64,000 bases of DNA from Squalus acanthias. Taxonomy: Eukaryota. Positions 24,546-37,866 of this stretch are shown here, piece after piece (within the stretch, counting starts at the first letter, position 1; every line of letters starts with the position of its first letter). A model generated the notes under the pieces. It was given only the letters and a program-made list of their open reading frames with translations, was not told where the DNA came from and did no database searches. Where the stretch lies: NCBI GenBank assembly GCA_030390025.1, contig CM059432.1:83082001-83146000 (forward strand). Direction: 5' to 3'. The position numbers and the translations under genes were made by a program.

Positions 24546-26259
24546 TATGACTGCGTTTAGTAACACCGACTGGTGTAATTAACAAGATTTTGTATTGGCA
24601 CCGCCAGGAAGTGACAGGACAAAAATCACCGAAGTCTTTGCCCAGAATGTGTAATTTGATCCAGTCAAGCTGTAGACTCACAGCACTTAATTGAAGTTCT
24701 CTACAAGGCTAGCTTCAATGTGTAATTTGATCCAGTCATTGTCAAGCCAGCTACAGAGCTCAGAGCAGGCACCGCGCCAACACTCCCGAGCTCACAGCAG
24801 GCACCGCGCCAACACTCCCGAGTGCAAATATTGGAGGTGAACGTGCATCGCACTTTGCTATGGAGCCATGTGTGGTTTTTGAGCAGCAGCAAGTGTCCCT
24901 CTCATGCGTTTCAGGCCTGCCGCCGTGGGCATGCGCAGCAGTGCTCTTCACATCTTTTAATAAGGAAGTAGCTGTGGGACCGTGCTCCGGCCAGGAGTCA
25001 GACCTTCAGAAGGCGGCAAGATGGAAAAAACTGGCTAAACAAATTGGTAAAAAAGAGAAGCCAATTCCTGAAGTTTGGTTAAAGCAATCTTGAGAGAGTG
25101 TGTCTGGGGGGGGGGGGGGGGGGGGGAGCAAGCGAAATTTGAGAGTTGTCAATAGCTATTTTTTTTTTAAATCAAGATTTGCTTTTAATCATCAATTAAA
25201 AAGTATATAGATTTTTCTCTTTCTCATGTCAAGGTAAATAAAAATGGGTAAACAAGCTCCTTTTAAAAGGTCACTACTACTATCTAACCACTAAGAAGCA
25301 TGCAAAAGCAGCGTGCAGGGAACTCCTCTCCAATTCCATTTTGCTTATCATGCAAAAGGGACAACCTCTCTTGGCCCCTACCAGAGTACCACAGGCATTA
25401 TGAGGAATTACCAGCATAAGCCCATCATTCCACAGTACAGTCCACAAAAATGTTATTGTAAATGAAAACCCACCATTAAGTTTTTATAAAACGGACAGTG
25501 CAGTCTAAACCTACCATAAAATGTTTCAACATTAATACAAACAATTAATGGAGCAAATTGGAAATTTAGTAGAGTTAAAAAAAACTCAAGTCTGGAACAG
25601 AGTTGAATGATGCAAAACCTCTATAGCAAAATTTAAAAAGAAAAACACCTTTCAAAGATGTTCTATACATTTTCACAAAAAAAACCTCCGCCATAATAAG
25701 ATGCAATACTAATTAGCAGACTAAAATCTACGCTCACAAAAAATAATTTATACACATGGGAATTTATCTCCGATTTTAAGGTTGCGAACAATGGTCCTCC
25801 CCAATGTTTGAAAAGGCTTATTAAAAATGCAGAATGTGAAGATTCCCAGTCAATCTCAGTTAACCACTCACAAATCTGCATTGTTTAGTACCTTTCATAA
25901 TAAAACACAGGATCGCTGAAGTCTGAACATACAGAACTAATCTATATGCTTCAGCCACATAACTGCAGTATTGATGTCAGCACTTTTAAAACACACCAGT
26001 GCTTTAGGCTGAAATTTTGTGTGAAGAATTCATTGTATTTTAAACATTTGTTTGCATATTTTAGTTAATCCATTCACTGGCCTGATTAAATTATAGTACT
26101 AAGTTATTCAATATGGTACTTTACAGATATGTTGTAAATCTCAAACTTGGTGTTACCTATTACTACTTCCCAAATTACCTCAGTCAACCAAGTATGGCAC
26201 CAAGAAGCCCGAGCAAAACAGAGATCAAGGGGGAAACTCTCTAGCGGCTGGAGACGTAC

Positions 26260-27170
26260 ATGCCGGAGGAAGATGGCCATGGTTGTTGGAGGCCAATCAG
26301 AGCTCCAGTATATCACTACCTGAGCTCCTCAGAGCAACAACAGACTTCAGCTGCTTCATCAATGGCCTTCCCTTTGCCGATGGGATTGTTCACCGACAAT
26401 TCTGCAGTGTTGGCTCCTTTCACTACTCCTCCAATAAAGAAGAAGCCATACTAGCCTACATAGCACCTGGATAACATCCAAACTTGGGCTGATAAATGGC
26501 AGGTAACACCAGACAATGACCATCTCCAACAAGTCCCAACCACCTCCCCCTAAGCTTCAACACCACCACTATCATTTGGAGGACACCAGAAGTTTAACTG
26601 GACCTGCTATATAAACACAATGGCTATGAGCAAGTCAGATGCTAGGTACTCTGCGATGACTGGCTCACCTCCTGCCCCCTCAAAGCCTCTCTACATCTAC
26701 AAAGATCAAGTCAGGAATATGATAGAATACTTGCAATTCGCCTGGATAAGTGCAACCACAACAGCACTCAACACAAAGCAATCTGTTTAATCAACTGCCA
26801 TGCCCAGAGACTCAATATCCACCTCTCCACCAGTGGTGAACTGTAGCTGCATTATGTACCATCTACAGGATGTACTACAGCAACTACAAAACTTACTTCA
26901 ACACCACCTCCCAACCCCATGACCACTACCATGGAGAAGGACAAAAGCAATGAGATCATGGGAACACCATCACCTTTTAAGTTCCCCTCCATATCACACA
27001 CCATCCTGACCTAGACACATACCACTGCTCCATCATAGTCACTGGCTCAATACTCTAGAGTTCAACACCTTGAGAATACCATCTGCGCAGGACTGCAGCA
27101 GTTCAAGGAAAAGGCCCATCACCATCTTTTCAAGAGAACAAATGCAGCATTGCCCACATCACAACAAAAA
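26260..27170 (+). mobile_element. Highly decayed copy of the second CR1-clade family
   Basis: Colinear with ~16520-17580 (TTCAGCTGCTTCATCAATG, GGCTGATAAATGGCAGGTAAC, GGACTGCAGCAGTTCAAG). Confidence 0.8.
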
Positions 27171-28129
27171 AAAACCTCTCCTATTCCCTTCAATTTTGCT
27201 GGCATCCTCCATTATGTCCCTTTACTTAGGTTTTTCAACAATTAAAAAAATATAGTTCCATGACTAGAGCTTTGATTTGGAGGGTTTTCCTGAACGTTCA
27301 GTTCTTTGGACTGGCCTCTGCCAGAGTGTTCCTTTTTCTCTATCTCCACACACTACATATTTTTATACTGAGAATACAAGGTTGCTGGTTTAAATTTGGG
27401 GGGAAAAAACAGGATGGGTAAATCAAGTAGTAATTTGTGATGCAAAAATTAAGTTTCAAAAGCCCGAGATTGTCGGAGGGGACAAAGACATGAGGGAGAT
27501 GAAAATGTCCACAGATTTGAGATCCTGGAATACAAATGGGTTAGAATAGGAGATTGTGCAAGGCATCAGAGTTCAACATAGTGGGGAGGAAGGGCAGGGA
27601 ATTTTTGTAGCAAGGGAGAAAATGGGAAGAACTAAATCAAAAAAGAGGTAATGGGATAATAAGGAAAGAGAAAAAGCAACACTCAAGAGGTTGGGTGGGG
27701 GAAGGAGGGGGCGAGAGAGAGAGAGCATAAAAGAGGGGAGAACCAGAAAAAGGGGAGGGGAAATAGAGACGGAGAGAGAGTGCAAGAGAAAGAAACAAAA
27801 GAAAGAAAAAATAAATAAATGCCTGGCAACCACCCCAGAATACGGTGGTATTCCTGTGGGACTGGAGTGTCCATAAGCAGCAGCTGCGTGATCCAAGGAA
27901 ACTACTTCACTATGAAAGATGCTGTGCCTCTACCCGGAGCAGAGAGATGGTCCTATGCCCAGCTTACTGTGGACAGATGAGAGACACCCAAAATAAAACA
28001 AAATGCTTACCATAAAGAAAAATGCAGTGGAAACAATAAGAGAAGAGATATGGAAGCCCAAATAGTTTACTGCAAAGCTGACGGTGCAACTGAATTTAGG
28101 CGCACAGTGACAAACTTTGCCTTCAGGGT

Positions 28130-28755
28130 GTCAGCCCTGGCTCAGTGTTGGCACTCTTGCCTCTTGAGTCAGAAGGTTGTGGGTTGAAACCCCACTCCAG
28201 CGACTTGAGCACATAATCCAGACTGACACTCCAGTGCAGTGCTGAGGGAGTGCTGCACTGTCGGAGGTGCCGTCTTTTGGATGAGACGTTAAACCGAAGC
28301 CCCGTTTGCTCTCAGGTGGACATAAAAGATCCCACTGCCCCTATTTGAAGAAGTGCAGGGTAGTTTTCCCTCAACCAACGCACAAAAACAGATTATCCGG
28401 TCAGTCAGAGAGCAGTGGACATTAAATAAATTTAAAACGGAGATAGACAGTTTCCTAGCTGATAAGGGAATTAAGGGTTATGGGGAGCGGGCAGGGAAGT
28501 GGACGTGAGTCTAGGTTCGGATCAGCCATGATCCTATTGAATGGCGGAGCAGGCCCGAAGGGTCGTATGGCCTACTCCTGCTCCTACTTCTTATGATCTT
28601 ATGATCTCATTGCAGTTTGTGGGACCTTGCTTGGTGCAAATTGGCTGCTGCGCTTCCCTACATTACTACACTTCAAAAGTACCTAATTGGCTGTAAAGCA
28701 TGTTGGGTCATTCAGAGGTCATGAAAGGTGCTATATAAATGCAATTCTTTCTTCA
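28130..28755 (+). mobile_element. DeuSINE (SacSINE1-like) interrupted by CR1 3' fragment at ~28404-28605
   Basis: tRNA-like head TGGCTCAGTGTTGG...GGGTTGAAACCC, central GCAGTGCTGAGGGAGTGCTGCACTGTCGGAGGTGCCGTCTTT, tail GCTATATAAATGCAA. Insert ends CTCCTACTTCTTATGATCTTATGA. Confidence 0.85.
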
Positions 28756-31349
28756 AGTCAGTTACACTTACTACCACTAAGCTATTTGAAGCAAGCACTT
28801 TTCAGACCACTTGTTGCTCCAAATCAAAGTGGTTCTTTTGCATCCCTTGCCTTCTGGAAAAGCTTGGCATTTTTCAGTTAGCAGGGAAGTTGTACCAGTC
28901 AGGCACCGGTGGGCCAGAGTCCCCGGTGGCTCCTTTGCTTTTCAAGGTGCCGGCTTATGAAAATGGAGTTTTAAAAATTCCATCAACTGACCTCCAACAT
29001 CAATGAATGCACTTCAAAAGTAATTTGTTGAATGTGGAGCCCTTTGGGAAATCCCAAGGACATGATAAGGTCCTATGTAAATGAAGGTCTGTTCTTTCTT
29101 TAAGTGCATCATGAACTACCCAAAACAGTCCAAATATAAGATAGACCCACTTCAAGTTTTCAAGCTTTTGATTATTTGGATGCCTGCCCATGGGACTATG
29201 GACTTTCAATGCCAAGCCTGAACTATAGCACTAGCTGTCTGTATTAGAGGCACAAACCAGGTTTTGAAAATGACGACATGAATCCAAATTTAGATTTCTG
29301 GTACTTTTTTTCCTGGGATCTCAAAAGGTTTCAGTTTGTTCTGGACTATGCAAACCCCTGAACTGAGTAATTTCATACTTTTCATTTACCAGCACAATTT
29401 ACTGGTTATGCTCCTAAAATATTCTTGCATCAGTGAAATGCAGAGAAGTTACAACATGGAAACACGTCAATAGACCCAACCTTTCCATGATGGTATTTAC
29501 CCTCCACACGAGCAAACAGGTTGAACTCACCCTGTTCCCATATCCCTTCAACCCCCCCCCCCAAACAACCTTTCCTTCATCCACCGATCCAATCAGGTTT
29601 TGAATGTTGCCATAGTTTCTGCCTCAACCACTAACCCTGGAAGTGAATTCCACAGCCTTGCAACTCTGAAGTTTCTCCTGCCCTCTGTTCTAAATCTCTT
29701 ACATTTATTCTTGTATCTATGATCCCTCATTCTTGAGGCCTTAACTACTTGAAACAATCTGCTTATATCTACCGTCCCATCCATCGTAATTTTAAACATT
29801 TCTACTATATAGTCCCATAATATGCATTGTTCTAAAGTAAAAAGACCCAACTTCTCCAGTCTTTCTTCGTATTTCCTCATAGCAGGTAGCATCCTAATGA
29901 ATTTGCATTGCACCATCTCTAAAGCCTCAATATCCTTCCTATGGTGTGGAATCCAATACTGCACACTGAGGTCTTAAGGTTTTATAGAGGCACATCTTTA
30001 CCTCAAGATAAAACCTAGAATTCCATTAGCTTTTTTTTTTAAAAACAGCCTGATGTGCTGTCTTGAATGTTCTGTGAACCAGTACCCAAAGTTCCTCTGC
30101 TCTTCCACAGCACCAAGCCTATATCCAGAGTATAATTACTATTGTTATTTTTATCAAAATGTATCACCTCACACTTAGACATCGAATTCCATCCATCACC
30201 TTTTAGCCTATTCCCCCATTTTATCAATATCCCTTTGCAGTTTTCTTTGGTCTAAATAATTCACACCCATTTTGGTTTCATCTGCAAATTTTTGACACCA
30301 CTCCTCCTTGAACTATATCCAAATCATTGATATACATAGTGAACAAAGGTCGTCCCAGAACTGAACCCCAAGGAACACCATACCCACTTCCAACCACTCT
30401 GAAAAACTTCCCTTAAATCTATTCTCTGGTTTCTCCCTCCTAACCAATTTTTAAATCTATTTTGCTATCCTCCTACTGAATTCAATTCCTCTTAATCTTC
30501 TCTAGTAATCTCCCATGTGGTACCTTGTCAAAAGCTTCCCTAAAGTCTATGTATAGTACATCCACTGCATTTCCCCCATCTACCAGATTTGTTCCCTCCT
30601 CAAGGAATTCTGAGGTTTGTCAAGCACAATTGTCCCTTTTGAAATCCATGCAGGCTACTTCTATTTTCTCTTTATCTAGATACATGGTAATTTCATCCTT
30701 AATTGAGGACTAAAAATTTTCAACCATAGATACTAAACTAGCTGCCCTGTAATTACCCAGATTAGCAGTTCTGTCTCACTTTTTAAAAATGGGTACCACA
30801 TTGGCCAGTCCTCCAGCATACATCCACTCAACTGAGCCCTGAAGTATACAGTAATTTCCAGAGCCTCTGCAATTTCCTCCCTCAACTCCTTCAGGATCCT
30901 AGGATGTATCTAGTCACGCCCTGACATTTTGTCTTCCTTTAGCTTAATTAACTTACCTAAAATGTTCCTTTTATCAATCATAGTATCCCTCATCTTGCTC
31001 TCAATTACTTCAGGATTCACCTCAGATATTCTTCTCTTTAGTAAAGATTGATATAAACTATTAAATACCTCTGCCATTTTTTGATCATCCTCTACAAATT
31101 GATAATCCTCTCCACTCGGGGTCCCAGCACAATTTCAACAAACCTATTTTCACTGATTTTGTAAAATATCTTACAATTCTTTGATTTTTTTTAAATCCTC
31201 ATACTCCCTTTTTCCTTATCCCACTCTTAACCTCTTATTTTCTCATATTCTCTTAGTTTTTACTACAATTCTTACAGTTCTCATACACTCTCCAAGTTTA
31301 ATTGGTTTCTAACCTCCATTTATCCATGGAATTCTAAAACTACTAGTAG

Positions 31350-31660
31350 GGGGGTGCAGTAGTGTCATGGCTATGTTACTGGACTAGTAATCCAGAGACC
31401 TGGACTAAACCATAGAATCTTACAGCACAGGAGGCTATTCAACCATTGTGCCTCTAATCCAGAGAAAGCAAATTCAAATCCCACCCACCATAGCAGCTGA
31501 GAACTTGAATTAAAAAAAAAAAAAAATCTAGAAATTAAAAAAAGTGAACATGAAGCTATTAGATTGTTGTAAAAATCTAACTGGTTCACTAATGTTCTTC
31601 AGGGAAGGAAACCCATCATCCTTACCAAGTCTGGCCTATATGTGACGGCAGTCCGACACC
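31350..31660 (+). mobile_element. tRNA-derived SINE fragment containing a ~43-bp reverse CR1 tail (31411-31453)
   Basis: TATGTTACTGGACTAGTAATCCAGAG...TTCAAATCCCACC...CTGGTTCACTAATG..TTCAGGGAAGGAAA. Confidence 0.65.
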
Positions 31661-31949
31661 TTTGTCCATTTAATGGAATATTCTTATTCTGTGCCTTTGC
31701 AATCTTTTTTTTTTAAATCCCACTGTTGCCCCACATTCCTGTGTGCCAATTTCTCCATCTACCTCACCTTAGCTAGCTCACTCTTCACCTTCTAAAATCT
31801 GCCCTAATCCAATCTGGTGTTCTAGTTTTCGTACTGACATTTTTCTTTCTAATTGGATCTTAAACCTGATCATATTGTGGTCACTACTCCCAAGGTACTC
31901 ACCCACATTTAGTTCATCCACCTGATCTATTTCATTACTCATTGAGATC

Positions 31950-32790
31950 TACCAACCCCTCCACCCTTGCAAACTACTGCCCCATCTCCAACCTCTCTTT
32001 CCTCTTCAAAGTCCCTGAACGTGTTGTCGCCTCCCAAATCCGTATCCATCTTTCCCTGCAATTCCATGTTTTAATCCCTCCAATCAGGTTTCCGGCTCGG
32101 CCACAGTACTGAAACGGCCCTTGTCAAAGTCACAAATGACATTCTTTGTGACTGTGACGGTGATAAACTATCCCTCCTCATCCTTCACAACCTACCTGCA
32201 GCCTTCGACAGTTGACTACACCATCCTCCTCCAACACCTCTCCTCCGTCATCCAACTATGTGGAACTGCTCTAGCTTGGTACCATTCTTATCTATCTAAT
32301 CGTAACCATCCAAAACTCTGCTGCCCATATCTTAACTCACTCCAAATCTCGCTCACCCATCACCTATGTGCTTGCTGACCTTCACTGGCTCCCAGTCAGA
32401 CAACGCCTCAATTATAAAATCCTCCCCCTGGTTTTCAAATTCCTCCATGGCGTCGCCCCTCCTTATCTCTGTAGCCTCCTCCAGCCCTTCGAGATCTCTG
32501 CGCTTTTCCAATTCTGACCCCTCCTGCACATCCCCGATTTTAATTGCTCCACCATTGGCGGCCGTGCTTTCAGCTGCCTTGGCCCCAAGCTCTGGAATTC
32601 CCTCCCTAAACCTCTCCTCTTAAAATTCTCCTTAAAACCTACCTCTTTGATCAAGCTTTTGATCATCTGTCCTGATATCTCTTTCTGTGGCTCAGTGTCA
32701 AAAATGTTTTTTTATTGATATCGCTCTTGCTAAGCACCTTAGGACATTTTACTATGTTAAATGCGCTATATAAATGTACGTTGTTATTCC
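31950..32790 (+). mobile_element. L2 LINE with internal deletion
   Basis: RT-type nucleotide motifs (QSGF..HSTETAL, AAFDTVD) joined directly to the L2 3' end and GCGCTATATAAATG tail. Confidence 0.85.
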
Positions 32791-33624
32791 TATCAGAGCA
32801 GATTTCCTCAATTTCTTTTGCACAATTTGGAGGTCTGCAATACACCCCTACTAATGTAACAAGTCCTTTTTAATCTCTGAACTCCCAATCATTTATTCTG
32901 CTTGTGCACCTTCCATGTCTACATTAACCTTCTCTGAAGCACATATTCCCTCATTAACCAATATTACCACTTTGCCTCCTTTCCTATTTTTTCCATCCCT
33001 CCTAAATATATTATATACGGATGTTTATTTTCTGTCTTGTCCTATTTGCAGCCAGGTTTCTGTTAATGCTATTAGTCTAGATCCTCCTGTAAAATTGCTT
33101 CCAGTTCCCCAGTGTATTCCCATACTTTGTGCATTGTAATATTAATCTTTTTAAAGCCATAATTTCTTTTGTCTAGGCTACCCCTACTGTCACTTCAGTC
33201 TTTGCCCTCTTTATACTTAGTCGACTTGATTTTAGTCCTCTACTCCATATACCTCTTACTAAATTGTTTTCTGCATTATTACCCTCAGCTATTTCTCCCT
33301 TCTCTATTAGCTGATCCTGGCTGTTTTTAATTTCTCAGGCCCTCACCCCTTTCTAGTTTAAAAAACTGTACTGAGTACGATATACCTTCAAGGACTTTAT
33401 TAAATACTCCCAATGTTACTGTTGTAGTGAAACATTTGCAGATGCCAAATAAATTTAATTCTCCTACTAGCCCCCTCATAACAAAATGTTCTTGTGAATT
33501 TGCTACATAGCAAAAGTCACTGCATCCCTTAAATAATCCATTACGTGTTGCACTTCTGGAGATGTTTTGATGTGATAAGGAGTTACGTAAATGCAACTCC
33601 TGTACTAGTAATGTAGGTCAGCAA

Positions 33625-35450
33625 GTATGGAGTGATGGGTGAACGGGACTTGGTGCAAGTTAGGATACGGGCAGCAGAATTTTGGATGCTCAAGTTTATG
33701 GCGGGTAGAAGATGGGAGGCCAGCCAGGAGATGATTGGGGTAGTCGAGTCATAGAATCATAAAAATTTACAGCACAGAAGGAGGCCATTCAGCCCATTTT
33801 GTCTGTGTCGGCCGACAAAGAGCTATGCAGCCTAATCCCACTTTCCAGCACTTGGTCTGTATCCTTGTAGGTTACGGCACTTCAAGTGCATAGCCAAGTT
33901 CTTTTTAAATGCAATGAGGTTTTCTGCCTCTACCACCCTTTCAGGCAGTGAGTTCCAGATCCTCACCACCCTCTGGGTGCAAAAATTTCTCAATTCCCCT
34001 CTAAACCGCCTACCAATTACTTTAAATCCATGCCCCCTGGTCATCGACCACTCTGCTAAGGGAAATAGGTCCCTCCTATCCACTCTATCTAGGCCCCATA
34101 TAATTTTATACACCTCAATTAGGTCTCCCCTCAGCTCCTCTGTTCCAAAGAAAACCCCAGCCTATCCAATCTTTCCTCAGCTAAAATTCCCCAGCCCAGG
34201 CAACATCCTCGTAAATCTCCTCTGCACCCTCTCTAGTGCACTCACATCCTTCCTGCAATGCGGTGACCAGAACTGCACGCAGTATTCCAGCTGCAGCCTA
34301 ACTAGTGTTTTATACAGTTCAAGCATAACCTCCCTGCTCTTATATTCTATGCCTCAGCTAATAAAGGAAAGTATCCCGTATGCCTTCTACCTGTCCTGCT
34401 ACCTTCAGGGATCTGTGGACATGCACTCCAATGTCCCTCTGATCTTCTGCACTTGCGTCTTATCATTGATAGTGTATTCCCTTGCCTTGTTAGCCCTCCC
34501 CAAATGCATTACCTCACACTTCTCCAGATTGAATTCCATTTGCCACTGTTCTGCCCACCAGACCAGTCCATTGATATCTTCCTGCAGTCTACAGCTTTCT
34601 TCTTCATTATCAACCACACGGCCAATTTTTGTATCATCTGCAAACTTCTTAATCATACTTACTACATTCAAGTCCAAATCATTGATATATATCACAAAAA
34701 GCAAGGCAGGAATCCCGAGTGCATCTCGCTCGCTAACCGGTTTTCAGCTCTGAATACTGGTGGGGGTGATAGTTCCTCTGGGGAGTGCAGCCAGAGCTGA
34801 GTCCACAGTACCATGGGTGGCTCGGCTGCACCTGGGGTGGGGGGGGGGGGGGGGCGCGAAGGAAGAAGAGTGGAAGAGCAACAGTCATGGGGGATTCGAT
34901 AGTTAGGGGAATAAAGAGGCGTTTCTGCGGCTGCAGATGTGACTCCAGGATGGTATGTTGCCTCCCTGGTGCCAGGGTCAAGGATGTCACTGAGCGGCTA
35001 CAGGACACTGAGGGGGGAGGGTGAACAGCCAGAGGTTGTGGCCCATATCGGTACCAACGACATAGGTAGAAAGAGGGATGAGGTCCTGCAGGCAGATTTT
35101 AGGGAGCTAGGAAAGAGATTAAAAAGCAGGACCTCAAAAGGTAGTAATCTCCGGATTACTCCCGGTGCCACGTGCTGGTGAGTACAGAAATAGGAGGATA
35201 GAGCAGATGAATGCGTGGCTGGAGAGTCTAGTGGTAACAAAGGCATAGATGAGAGTTTCAGCAGCAGATGAGTTGAGGTGGGGCGGAGTTGGCAATGTTA
35301 AGGAGGTGGAAGTCGGTGGTTTTGGTGATGGAGAGGATTTGGGGTCGGAAGCTCAGCTCAGGGTCAAATAGGACACTAAGGTTGTGAACAGTCTGGTTCA
35401 GCCTCAGATGGTGGTCAGGGTGAGGGAATGGAGTTCGTGGCAGGGACCAA
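33625..35450 (-). mobile_element. L2 fragment (33625-33750 + 35224-35450) split by a CR1 insertion
   Basis: The two halves are the reverse complement of contiguous L2 sequence at ~2200-2545. Confidence 0.85.
33751..35223 (-). mobile_element. CR1 insertion: 3' ~955 bp on - strand joined to ~520 bp ORF1 segment on + strand
   Basis: Minus ORFs 33832-34113 and 34405-34704 (KFADDTK). Plus ORF1 motifs VMGDSIVR, CCLPGARVKD, HIGTND. GAGTC at both junctions. Confidence 0.85.
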
Positions 35451-35524
35451 AGACACCTACTCTGTCCTGTTGCCATTAGGGGCATTGCAATTGACTGTAG
35501 CTTATAAACCAAGTAACACTTCAG

Positions 35525-35805
35525 TGCATACTGAAAGAGCGCTGCAATGTCAGAGGTGCTATCTCTCAGATGAGATGTTAATCAAGGCCTCATCTGCTTG
35601 TTCAGATGGATGTAAAAAATCTGATGGTACTTTTCCCAGGAAGAGCAGGAGGTTCTCCCAGAATCCTTGAGGCAACACCACCAAAACAGATTAAGTGGTC
35701 ATTCATCTAACTGATGTGTACAAATTGGCTGCCACATTTGCCTATGAAACAGCAGTGACTACACTTCAAAAGTAATCTTGAGGACATGCAAGCTCCTCTT
35801 CTTCA
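35525..35805 (+). mobile_element. Degenerate DeuSINE
   Basis: GCTGCAATGTCAGAGGTGCTATCTCTCAGATGAGATGTTAA...CAGTGACTACACTTCAAAAG. Confidence 0.7.
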
Positions 35806-36184
35806 CAATTGGCATCTGTCTCCCCACACTAGGGAAGGAAAATATATCAGGTCAGGGTGTATACGTCAGGCAAGGAAAGGATGTCTCCCATAGTCAAGGC
35901 TACTTGGCCAGTGTATTTTAAGGGAACTGGTAATGATGGAATTATATACCAACATGGAGTCAAAACCTTCAGGTAGAGAGGAAAGAGAAATTAGTGCAGA
36001 AAAGAAAATTGGCAAAAAATGCTACTTTTCATACAAATAATATAGAACACTGAAGAATTAAATCAAGACATTTCTGTTTAGAAAGTGTCAAATTCAAATG
36101 AAAATAGGTAATAAAACACTGGTGAATAATGCTACAGAATTTTACTTTTTGGTAGAGTTCAGCCTCCCTCCCTTTTATCTGTGA

Positions 36185-36690
36185 ATCCCAGTGCTGAGGA
36201 AGTGCTGCACTGTTGGAGTCCTCGTCTTTTGGAAAAGACTTTAAACCGAGGCCCTGTCTGCTCTCTCAGCTAGACGTAAAGGATCTCAGGGCACCATTTC
36301 GAAGAAGAGCTGGGCAATGTTCCTGCTAACTTTTTTTTTTGGGTGCGCAGCCCATTCAAATTACCGCGCATGCGTAGTTTTTAACCATTAGAACGCAGTT
36401 AAGCTAACTGCGCGGGATCTGCAGGTCGCTGCGCGGCCACACAGCTTAAAGGGAACATTGGAGCTGGGGTGTCCTAGCCAATATTTATTCCTCAATCAAC
36501 ATCATTTAAAAAAAATTCTGGTCATTGATCTCATTGCGGTTTGTGGGAGCTTGCTGTGCGCAAATAGGCTGTCGCGTTTCCTACATTACAACAGTGATTA
36601 CACTTCAAAAAGTACTTCATTTGCTGTATAGTGCTTTGGGACGTCCGGAGTTTGTGAAAGGCGCTATATAAATGCACGTCCTTTCTCAAT
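36185..36690 (+). mobile_element. DeuSINE interrupted by hAT MITE
   Basis: Central domain and tail as in 28130 and 63290 copies. Confidence 0.85.
36315..36460. mobile_element. 146-bp non-autonomous hAT-type MITE
   Basis: TIR CAATGTTCC...GGAACATTG with perfect 8-bp TSD GAGCTGGG (36307-36314, 36461-36468). Confidence 0.9.
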
Positions 36691-36871
36691 GAATAATTGT
36701 CTCTGGAGCACTGAACTGTATCTTCCAATTAGAAGCTTGAAGCCATTTTAGTAAAAGAAATACGCGCTAAAAGAATTCTTGAAGAAAAAGGCAAAAAAAG
36801 TAAAAACTATGCAGAGAGAGCAGACATACACTGATAAATTTTCCAATCATGCTCAGTGGTTGGACAAACTA

Positions 36872-37268
36872 ACTGTGCTTGCTGACCTACATTGGCTCCT
36901 GGGCCAGCAACACCCCAATTTTAAAATTCTCATCCTTCTTTTCAAATTCCTCCATGGCCTCGCCCCTCCCCAACTCTAATCTCCTTCACCCCTACAACAC
37001 TCCAAGATATCTGCGCTCCTCCAATTCAGGCCTCTTGCGCATCCCCAATTTTAATCCCTCCACCATTGGCGGCCGTGCTTTCAGCTGCCGAGGCCCTAAG
37101 CTCTGGAATTCCCTCCCTAAACCTCTCCACTGCTCTTTCCTCCTTTAAGACATTCCTTAAAACTTACGTCATCTACCATAACAGCTCCTTATGTGGCTCA
37201 GTGTTGTCAAATTTTGTTTGATAATGCCTTGGGACGTTTTATGATGTTAAAGGCGCTATATAAATGGT
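36872..37268 (+). mobile_element. L2 3' fragment
   Basis: LADLHWL..FKILILLFK..GLAPP, tail GGCGCTATATAAATG. Confidence 0.9.
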
Positions 37269-37833
37269 CTATTTTTACTGTGTGTGGGGGGGAATGAGAC
37301 AAAGGAAAAAAATGGTTTTGTAAACATCACAGCACAGGGAAGAGATTATCCTAACTGATGTCACCATTAATTCTTACACTACAAATCTATAGCTTTAAAC
37401 TTAATTCAAGGAACAATGCAAACATTCTCCTTAGATGCTTTGATTTCTCAAAACATCTATTCTCCTAGTAAACAGCAATTTGAATTTTAATGACTATGCC
37501 CTTTCAGTTTTAAAGTAACATGCAACATTTTTTTAAAATGTACAAGTTTCCAAAGTATATTTGCAACATGTCTTGAAAACAATGCTATTTTAAAATTGGT
37601 CAAAGTGTTGATAAAGGCATTCTTTTCCACAGTGTAAACAAGTAACTGCACCATGGAACAGAGGTTACCTACTGATAGTGAGCTCTGTTGACTTATCCTC
37701 TGCAATTCCAGAATGACTTACAGGTATTCAGTTCATTTTATATTGAAATGAACACAATACAAACCATTCATTTGTAATGTTAGTTTTTGCAATACACAGC
37801 ATTAATGTTAAGGTTTTAAACAAAACGTCTTAC

Positions 37834-37866
37834 CAACAGGAAAATATTCAAACTCGACGAGAGTGC
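37834..37866 (-). other. Candidate 33-nt exon of an unidentified minus-strand host gene
   Basis: Minus strand reads TTTCCCACAG|GCACTCTCGTCGAGTTTGAATATTTTCCTGTTG|GTAAGA, in ~1.7 kb with no confidently recognised repeat. Confidence 0.5.

Larger units (their letters stand above)
29435..33365 (-). mobile_element. Old CR1 ORF2 remnant broken by nested SINE and L2
   Basis: Minus ORFs 29593-29964 and 30039-30227 are CR1-like. RT/EN remnants continue at 31660-31950 and 32790-33365. Confidence 0.8.

Noticed and set aside
27600..27820. Purine-rich ORFs (also 54710-54800)
   Set aside because: Low-complexity GA sequence.
33914..34753. 279-aa plus-strand ORF
   Set aside because: It is antisense to a CR1 RT fragment.
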